DNA of 64,000 bases from a virus (lineage: Duplodnaviria > Caudoviricetes), in IMG/VR virus record IMGVR_UViG_3300028392_002123; one strand, given 5' to 3'. This document shows, piece after piece, positions 54,091 to 64,000 of this stretch. The notes below the pieces were generated by a model. It was not told where the DNA came from. It saw nothing but the letters and a program-made list of their open reading frames with translations, and searched no databases. Numbering within the stretch: the stretch's first letter is position 1; the number at the start of each line of letters is the position of its first letter. Made by a program: the position numbers and the translations under genes.

Positions 54091-54673
54091 AGTTAATATC
54101 CTCTTTGTCAATGATTTCTAAAAATTTATCGGGATCCATGACATATCCATAACCCACATATTTGGCATATCTTGCAAGAAAAGCTTTGCTGTCAAAGTAA
54201 TTTAAACACAGTCTATGATTACGTGCATCGTCGATGCCCGGTCCGTATACCGTTAGATCTTTGTGTACAGCCACTTGACAGCAGGTAAAATCAAAAGCGG
54301 CAAACACTGAATCTAAGTTGGGATAATAAGCACGTCTGATCAACTGCACTTTATGATCGCCCACTTGATAAGTTGTGGCATTTGCGCTGGCAAAAGTTTC
54401 GTAGAGCCCGTTGCCGAAATCTTTGATGAGTCTTGTTTCAAGTTCTTCAAACTGTGCTCGACTACTAAACCAAACATCAATGTCTGCAAAATTTCTTTCG
54501 CCCAAGGCCAATTGTCGGCCTGCACCACCTGCAATCCACGGCCCGAATTGGGGCGCGGCATGTTCTAATATTACATCAACAATGTTCTCTAGGGTGGGTT
54601 TTCTTTTTGGTGTTGAATGTGGGTTATCGGCAAGCCAGTTATCAATGGCATTATTGAGTTGATCGAAATTCAT
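54059..54673 (-). CDS. Pol-beta-superfamily nucleotidyltransferase (CCA/poly(A) polymerase head-like)
   Basis: WIAGGAGR...ADIDVWF (GG-x-DxD), FDFTCCQVA. Confidence 0.7.
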   Translation of the reverse strand: MNFDQLNNAIDNWLADNPHSTPKRKPTLENIVDVILEHAAPQFGPWIAGGAGRQLALGERNFADIDVWFSSRAQFEELETRLIKDFGNGLYETFASANATTYQVGDHKVQLIRRAYYPNLDSVFAAFDFTCCQVAVHKDLTVYGPGIDDARNHRLCLNYFDSKAFLARYAKYVGYGYVMDPDKFLEIIDKEDINYEFDHTDLGY

Positions 54674-54803
54674 TTTTCTTTATCAAATAATATAGTTTAA
54701 CATAGTAAGCGAACTGCCGGGGGTGGTGCTCAAAGTTGGGTAAACTGTCTCCAAACATTACCACCATTTCATTGTAAATTTTTAATATTTCATCATTAGT
54801 CAT
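54651..54803 (-). CDS. Small hypothetical protein
   Basis: MTNDEILKIY...LPNFEHHPRQFAYYVKLY. Confidence 0.6.
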   Translation of the reverse strand: MTNDEILKIYNEMVVMFGDSLPNFEHHPRQFAYYVKLYYLIKKNEFRSTQ

Positions 54804-55812
54804 TGAGCATATTTGCAAGACTAAAACTAGCAAGGTTTTTGCCTTTACTTTCACACATAATATCTGCCCATTCGTTATGGGTCAGGGCCCAACGATTAAC
54901 AGCATCATTCCAATAAAAATTGCTGTGCGCTCGTAGCTTGCCTTTTTTATAGCCACTTTCCATCAAGGATGTAAGAGCGGGTAGCTGTGATCCGGAATGG
55001 CCGACAAGTACATCTTCCCTACTAACGGAATAGTGTATAGTAGGCCTAACGCCGCGCCAACTATCAATAACCTTTTTAATACGATCATCAGTGTTTTCAA
55101 TATATTCTCCAGTTTTAATCCAATGATGGTGAATATCAAGTACCAAGGCACAAGTATCTACCAATTCTAAACTATCTTCAATGCCCCAGGAAATTTCGTC
55201 GTTCTCAATGGTAAGACAATTACGTGCTTCTACACTGAGACGTTTATGTGCCGCCCTAATGCCTGCTGGCCCACGTCTTCCGGCGATATGTACATTAATC
55301 TTAAAGTCCTGGAACGACTTTCCGTATCCCATCCAGCGAACCATATCCGCATGATATTCAAACTCCTCTATACTACGTTCAACTATTTGATCAGATTCGC
55401 TAGCCAAGACGCAAAACTGCCCAGGATGAAAACTAAGCTTGACGCCATTAGACTTAGCACTCCCGCCAATGACGCCAAAATTTCTGCTACAATAATCAAC
55501 AACATCAGGCCTACGCCAAAAATAACTCCAACTGGGTTCGGTATAAGCAGGTAAAATATCACTGCTAAGACGAACCATCCTAAGATTTTCTTCAAGATTT
55601 CCTACCTTTTCAACTAGCAAACGTGTTGCTTCTATGTTCTGGACCATTAAGTCCCATAGCTTTTGTTCAGCAACTTCTTTAGTTTGCCTATTTAGCCATG
55701 TGATAGTGGTCGTACCAGTATTGTACTTTTTACAATCGTCCTTGGGTTTAATCCCATTGACCTGTGCAGGATGATCAATCCATTTGCAAGCGAAACCAAC
55801 TTTTTTAGTCAT
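54796..55812 (-). CDS. uvsE: UV damage endonuclease
   Basis: GFACK, VRLSSD, SFHPGQF, INVH, LTIENDE, VLDIHHH, HYS, LRAHS, IMCESKGK. Confidence 0.93.
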   Translation of the reverse strand: MTKKVGFACKWIDHPAQVNGIKPKDDCKKYNTGTTTITWLNRQTKEVAEQKLWDLMVQNIEATRLLVEKVGNLEENLRMVRLSSDILPAYTEPSWSYFWRRPDVVDYCSRNFGVIGGSAKSNGVKLSFHPGQFCVLASESDQIVERSIEEFEYHADMVRWMGYGKSFQDFKINVHIAGRRGPAGIRAAHKRLSVEARNCLTIENDEISWGIEDSLELVDTCALVLDIHHHWIKTGEYIENTDDRIKKVIDSWRGVRPTIHYSVSREDVLVGHSGSQLPALTSLMESGYKKGKLRAHSNFYWNDAVNRWALTHNEWADIMCESKGKNLASFSLANMLND

Positions 55813-55817
55813 AGTGT

Positions 55818-55846
55818 ATTGTACACTATATTTTAATTATTGTCAA
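55818..55846 (-). promoter_or_regulatory. Sigma70-type promoter TTGACA-N17-TACAAT
   Basis: Immediately upstream of uvsE ATG. Confidence 0.78.
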
Positions 55847-56210
55847 TAAAAGATTTATAAATAACCCATTTTCCCGAACAATATTCGTGGGCACCTTTGT
55901 GTACTTTCCAATTTATTTTGGACAGCATAGATTCGGTATTACCGTAGGTAAAAGTTATTTCTGCTTGGTCCCCGGCCATCAATTTATTTCTAAACTTGGA
56001 ATCCAACATCACACTCATTGCCTGCTTTGAGTCTTGAATAAATTCGATGCCAATTGGTGTTTGAGTAAGCCATTGGGGTAACATACTAAGAATGAAGCCA
56101 CCTTGAACAACACCCTGTACGCTGTGTATAGGTCCGTTATCTCCGGTTAATTTACCAAAATTATCCACTTGTTCTTTGGTAAAACTTAGGGGTACAGTGG
56201 CAGTCTTCAT
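55833..56210 (-). CDS. MaoC/PhaJ-like hot-dog fold dehydratase
   Basis: FGKLTGDNGPIH (D-x4-H dyad), VVQG. Confidence 0.7.
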   Translation of the reverse strand: MKTATVPLSFTKEQVDNFGKLTGDNGPIHSVQGVVQGGFILSMLPQWLTQTPIGIEFIQDSKQAMSVMLDSKFRNKLMAGDQAEITFTYGNTESMLSKINWKVHKGAHEYCSGKWVIYKSFIDNN

Positions 56211-56238
56211 AACTGTATTTAAATTAACAGTTCTTAAA

Positions 56239-56808
56239 TCAACGAATAAATTTATAGCCCATGCGTTCTATTTGTTCTAGAACGAATTCCACTGTCTTGC
56301 TGTGATCCTTTTTGTAGGGACCACTGAGTGCTTCCCAAGGGCGAAGTGCAGGATGTGTTTTAGCACTTTCATCTAATCTCATACCAAAATTCCAACCTTC
56401 GGAGACCATAGTATCAACCCAACGTTGATGTTGCCACTTGTTGTAATTTTCCGATATTTGTTTTCTATCTTCACCATTGAGTTTTAAATCAACGAATTCA
56501 AAAGATTCATCAATGATACCCATGCTACTTTCTATGTCAAAGTCATCGTCGGGAAACATTTCTTCGCAGGCCAAGGCCAGTTCGTCTCCGACATCTGCGG
56601 TAATGTCATCTTCTAGTCTAATGTCATAGCAATGTTGATAGCCATCATTGTTTTCATCATCTAAATGATAAAGAACTACTACGTCGTCATCGTCTGGTTC
56701 AACGTCTGCATATTCTTCCACCATGGTAATGAAATCACGTACTTCCTCGGAAGAAAGTACGCGACTTAAACAGATTCTAAAATAATGTTCGAATTCTTCT
56801 ATTTCCAT
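56239..56808 (-). CDS. Acidic protein with C-terminal RyR domain
   Basis: HQRW..MVSEGWNFG...KTHPALRPWEAL. Confidence 0.75.
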   Translation of the reverse strand: MEIEEFEHYFRICLSRVLSSEEVRDFITMVEEYADVEPDDDDVVVLYHLDDENNDGYQHCYDIRLEDDITADVGDELALACEEMFPDDDFDIESSMGIIDESFEFVDLKLNGEDRKQISENYNKWQHQRWVDTMVSEGWNFGMRLDESAKTHPALRPWEALSGPYKKDHSKTVEFVLEQIERMGYKFIR

Positions 56809-56819
56809 GTGTGTACTTA

Positions 56820-57488
56820 TTAGGCCGCACCAGCAACCTTCTCTTTAGTACGACCATAAGCCGCAATACCAAGAACAGCACCCATGGCCACGTGGAATAG
56901 TCCGGCACCTTGCAGGGTCAGTGGTTGCCATTGATTGGTAACACTACCATGACTTAGTGCTTGTAACACACTCCATAAAATTGGAAATATAGTAAAGTCG
57001 CAGACACAGACCATCATGTACATCCAACCCATAACTGGACGCCATTTTTTGTTGATCCAATCTGTGTTGTCATTGGCCACTAAAACATCTGCACCCTGTG
57101 CGGCATTACTGCCGGCCGCAGTTAAATTTTGTTGTTGTTGAGGTACCCCATTGTTTGCCACGCTGCCACCAAATCCTGTGGAGCTACCTGTGCCAAAGCC
57201 ACCGGTTGATCCGGAGTTGCTTGACCCAAACGCTGACGTTCCAGTTCCTGTACTATTACCAAAGCCGGTGCCAGCGCCAAAGCCTCCTGCTGACGGTTGG
57301 CCAAATGCTGAAGCGCCGCTTGGTGCGCTGGGTGTTGTTGACGTTGCATTACTTGATCCTCCTAGTGAGCTGTAATCAGTTGTAGGAACAGTACCCGAAT
57401 AAGAAGATTGTTTAATCTGTGGTAACTTAGAGTGATCTAAGTTAGGATCATCTTTTGGATCACTGTCATCATCATTCATTCTTGCCAT
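56820..57488 (-). CDS. GTA-type 3TM holin-like protein with long Gly/Ser/Thr N-terminal extension
   Basis: WINKKWRPVMGW, hydrophobic helices, LGIAAYGRTKEK. Confidence 0.7.
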   Translation of the reverse strand: MARMNDDDSDPKDDPNLDHSKLPQIKQSSYSGTVPTTDYSSLGGSSNATSTTPSAPSGASAFGQPSAGGFGAGTGFGNSTGTGTSAFGSSNSGSTGGFGTGSSTGFGGSVANNGVPQQQQNLTAAGSNAAQGADVLVANDNTDWINKKWRPVMGWMYMMVCVCDFTIFPILWSVLQALSHGSVTNQWQPLTLQGAGLFHVAMGAVLGIAAYGRTKEKVAGAA

Positions 57489-57498
57489 TTTTTATTCC

Positions 57499-57903
57499 TT
57501 AATCTATTACCCGTTGTAATGTTATATAGATACTGTATGTAGCACTAGTTGCACTACCTATCTTACAAACGATATTCAAAGATTGACCATCTGAACTAAG
57601 TTCAATGTCTCCATCAAAGTCTTCTTCAAATATATCTTCTATTTTAGTAATATTGTTGCCAGCAATAGTTCCTCGTTGTTGTTTAGCAAAACGTTTACCT
57701 GTTGAATCAACTGCCAGTACTTTCATATCATAAAATTCTGTGCCAGCTATTTTAATATTACCTTCAAATCTGTCTCCGGCTGATGCATCTGCGCCGTTGC
57801 ATACAGCAGTGAGAACAACTTGCCTTGCGCTGGTAGCAAAGCCTGCGCCAACTTCAAAAGCATTTGATGTAGTTCCTGATATATTATTAAATTGTTTAGT
57901 CAT
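57499..57903 (-). CDS. Probable virion protein
   Basis: 134 aa beta-rich ORF in the structural operon. Confidence 0.55.
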   Translation of the reverse strand: MTKQFNNISGTTSNAFEVGAGFATSARQVVLTAVCNGADASAGDRFEGNIKIAGTEFYDMKVLAVDSTGKRFAKQQRGTIAGNNITKIEDIFEEDFDGDIELSSDGQSLNIVCKIGSATSATYSIYITLQRVID

Positions 57904-57913
57904 AGGTTATCCA

Positions 57914-60523
57914 TTATACGTATGTTAGTTTAATAGTTATTAAACCAGTGGCACCAGAAACACTATTTAAATTTACAACTACATCGATATAATCGTCAGT
58001 TAAATAATTCGGGTCGATGGTATATGTTGCTGTGCCAGATAATTGACTATCCGAGGTATGCATAAACAACTCATTATTTAAAGATGTTCCAAGGCTAATC
58101 GTACTGGGCTGTAATTTTGAAGTTACTCCGGTAACCGTTATAACAGCATTTTGGCCCGGGGTGCCAAGAAACGAACCAGGTATTGTTAGTGTTTGACCTT
58201 GACTGTGGCCACTACCTCCATTTAATGGTATTACAGATAATGTAAATGTTTGATTATCATAACTAACTCTGAAAGTAGCATTACCGCTGGTCCAAGTAGG
58301 AGAACTTACTGTTACTGCTGTGGGTACTGTATAAGTTCCTGGGGGATAAAAGAAAGCAGATCCTGAAGCACCGCCTGGTTGTTGTTGATATACAGGTTGG
58401 TCGAATGTTATTAAATACCAATTACCATAACTATACACCTGCTGAACAGCAGTGATATGAACTGCGCCTGGTGCAAATAAAGAAGTATAACTGCCGCCCG
58501 TAGCACCAACAACAGTCCAATTGGCAAAATTTGTTAACATATCACCTGTTGTATCAACGAGAGGACTGATCAATGCTTGATACGCCGTACCGTAAAGACT
58601 ACCCTGCTGAGTTCCGTACGCACCTTGAATTAAATTTGGATCACTTGGAGTTGGTGCAGTAAAGCTAGGGTTATATGCTACACTAACTGAATTAATAATA
58701 CCAGAGATTCTAGCCGGCTGTGCATTTTCAACATCAACGCCAATGTTTAATATTTTTCTTCCTGCACTAATTGCTCCTAAATTAATTGTGCCACTGGGTC
58801 TAGTTGCTAGATTAATAGAAGTTACAAGAGTTCTTGCGTCTGTTTCGTCACTGCGCTGATTACTGTGGCGTAACCAAGCAGAACCGTCCCATACATAAAT
58901 TGCCCAATCACCATGACCTGCGTCTAATACATAGGCTTGATCTCCTGGTAGCGGGTGTAATGCATCTCTAGATTCTATTGTCGGCACCATTGTAAGTAAA
59001 CTCGAACGTAGGCCTTGTTCAACATTTAAGCCAATTGCATAACGACCATTTTGTCCACTTAGCACACCAGCAGTACTTAAAAATATGCCCTGAGTGTCCA
59101 GCAATGTCATTGGGCCGCCATCGTCTCTGTACAAACGTAACGCACTGGTTGTTGTATTGGCAGGCACGCTTTCTGCCAAACTAGAAATACTGTTTGAACC
59201 TGCAAATTTATTTCCCTGTAAGTCATTGTTTAGATTAACTATGGTAATCGCATCACCTGCGTTCTGTCTTAGAATTATATTTCCGCTTTCATCTAAACTT
59301 GCAACCAAATCTGGTATATTGGCCGCATTGATATCTGCTACCATGTCCACTGCCGCTGCCACTGTTGGATCTCCGTATGTTGCTGAACCTGATGTTGTTG
59401 TTATAAAATTTACAGTAACACCATTAATACTTGCACTAAAAGGAACATAACCAGCTATAACACCCAAGGCACTACCGTTGGCTGCAATGTCGCTGGTAAT
59501 TATGTTAGCGGCACCTACTTTTATTGCTGTTATTTGTGTAGTTGCAGTCACAGCATTTATCTGAGTTATTGCTTCGTCTAATGTGTACGTGCCGGTGCCT
59601 GAACCCATCAATGTTATAGGCATTCTATTAATCTGTATAGTATCACCGTCTATGCCTGTGGGGTCTATACCAGTGCCGGTTGTTATAGTAGGAACAGCAT
59701 TGGAGATTTTAATGAATATTGGTTTATTAGATGCCGGATCTATGGTTAATACGCCAGATCCATCTACACTGGGATAAATGTAGTCCCCGATATCTCCCGG
59801 CAAAGTTGGAGCAAAATCGATGATACCATTGGAAGGTCGTAGTATAAACTGATTCGGACCTGGTCCTGCATATACTACTGTGCCAATGAATTTTTTTACA
59901 TTATTTGCATTTGTTATTTCAAAATTTTTATTTTCAATTGATATAGGATCGCCTTGTACAAAACCATGATTAGTTTTTTCTAATATATAATTGGTCAGTG
60001 GATTCATGTATTGGAATCTACTTTGTACATCACTGAAAAAGTTAACACTACTGCCGCCAGGTATAGGATCTAACATAGGCAAGCCTAGTTCATTTATTTG
60101 GAAGAATACCACTGTACCCGGAGTACCGAATAAGCCAAAACCTGTTGGGTCTCTAAATGTATTATAACGAAGTCTATCTTCTACTACAGCAACCAACGAA
60201 GTGTCGGTTTTAGAATTAATGCTTATTATTTCAAGTACTTTTCCGTCTTGGGAACCGGCAATAAAGTCTCCTACCTCGATATCATGCCCTGTAAAGCTAT
60301 AAGGTGTTCTAGTTAAATTACTGCCATGACCCACAGGAATTATAGTAAAACTTACTTCCCATTTATAAGCCTGTGGGTTAGTGCCGCCACTCCAATATGG
60401 ATCAGTGGCATCGTTGGCATATGGCCACAATGCAACCGGCCTAAAACTATCTGCAGAACCAGTTAGAACCTTAGGCGGTTTATTAATGCCTATAAAACTG
60501 GTTTTCCATGCATTAATTGACAT
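57914..60523 (-). CDS. Large virion structural protein
   Basis: 869 aa T/G/S-rich, follows the fibre gene; AAGGA RBS. Confidence 0.7.
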   Translation of the reverse strand: MSINAWKTSFIGINKPPKVLTGSADSFRPVALWPYANDATDPYWSGGTNPQAYKWEVSFTIIPVGHGSNLTRTPYSFTGHDIEVGDFIAGSQDGKVLEIISINSKTDTSLVAVVEDRLRYNTFRDPTGFGLFGTPGTVVFFQINELGLPMLDPIPGGSSVNFFSDVQSRFQYMNPLTNYILEKTNHGFVQGDPISIENKNFEITNANNVKKFIGTVVYAGPGPNQFILRPSNGIIDFAPTLPGDIGDYIYPSVDGSGVLTIDPASNKPIFIKISNAVPTITTGTGIDPTGIDGDTIQINRMPITLMGSGTGTYTLDEAITQINAVTATTQITAIKVGAANIITSDIAANGSALGVIAGYVPFSASINGVTVNFITTTSGSATYGDPTVAAAVDMVADINAANIPDLVASLDESGNIILRQNAGDAITIVNLNNDLQGNKFAGSNSISSLAESVPANTTTSALRLYRDDGGPMTLLDTQGIFLSTAGVLSGQNGRYAIGLNVEQGLRSSLLTMVPTIESRDALHPLPGDQAYVLDAGHGDWAIYVWDGSAWLRHSNQRSDETDARTLVTSINLATRPSGTINLGAISAGRKILNIGVDVENAQPARISGIINSVSVAYNPSFTAPTPSDPNLIQGAYGTQQGSLYGTAYQALISPLVDTTGDMLTNFANWTVVGATGGSYTSLFAPGAVHITAVQQVYSYGNWYLITFDQPVYQQQPGGASGSAFFYPPGTYTVPTAVTVSSPTWTSGNATFRVSYDNQTFTLSVIPLNGGSGHSQGQTLTIPGSFLGTPGQNAVITVTGVTSKLQPSTISLGTSLNNELFMHTSDSQLSGTATYTIDPNYLTDDYIDVVVNLNSVSGATGLITIKLTYV

Positions 60524-60532
60524 TTATATTCC

Positions 60533-64000
<3,468 letters not shown>

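Noticed and set aside
55383-55595. Hydrophobic 70-aa ORF overprinted on uvsE
   Set aside because: TTG start with weak RBS; hydrophobicity is expected when T-rich third positions shift into the middle codon position; no independent support

Overview
AT-rich, gene-dense 64 kb segment of a large lytic T4-like or jumbo phage genome, almost all coded on the minus strand. No tRNA, rRNA, CRISPR array, integrase or transposase was seen. By coordinate: (i) 0-11 kb: thyX, a MoxR AAA/vWA-metallopeptidase pair, early cassettes with repeated sigma70 promoters, and a T4-type RNase H/5'-exonuclease. (ii) 11.8-21.6 kb: a 7-deazaguanine DNA-modification locus (queE, folE, queD-like, TGT/DpdA-like) with a sugar-activation, oxidoreductase and glycosyltransferase module nested inside it. 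(iii) 22-27 kb: probable sliding clamp, family B DNA polymerase, DsbA-like protein, a half lysozyme and Dps. (iv) 27-41 kb and 49.5-53 kb: large ORFs that start with leaders resembling the T4 capsid-targeting sequence. They are built of unrelated modules joined by V/L/I-x-E linkers, six of which share the DNA core TGTGGCGGARG. Cargo includes amidoligases, GGCT, GNATs, a ParB-like domain, a ligase-like protein, an HxGH nucleotidyltransferase, a PD-(D/E)xK-like nuclease, AT-hooks, and an internal Tat signal followed by a GH19 lysozyme. The best novel-system candidate is a shuffled set of head-packaged polyproteins processed by the prohead protease. (v) 41-49 kb: metabolic accessory genes, a candidate structured ncRNA and a deletion scar. 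(vi) 53-64 kb: phasin-like, nucleotidyltransferase, uvsE, MaoC, RyR-domain and holin genes, virion proteins and a collagen-like fibre. All family calls come from motif recognition by eye, with no database search.
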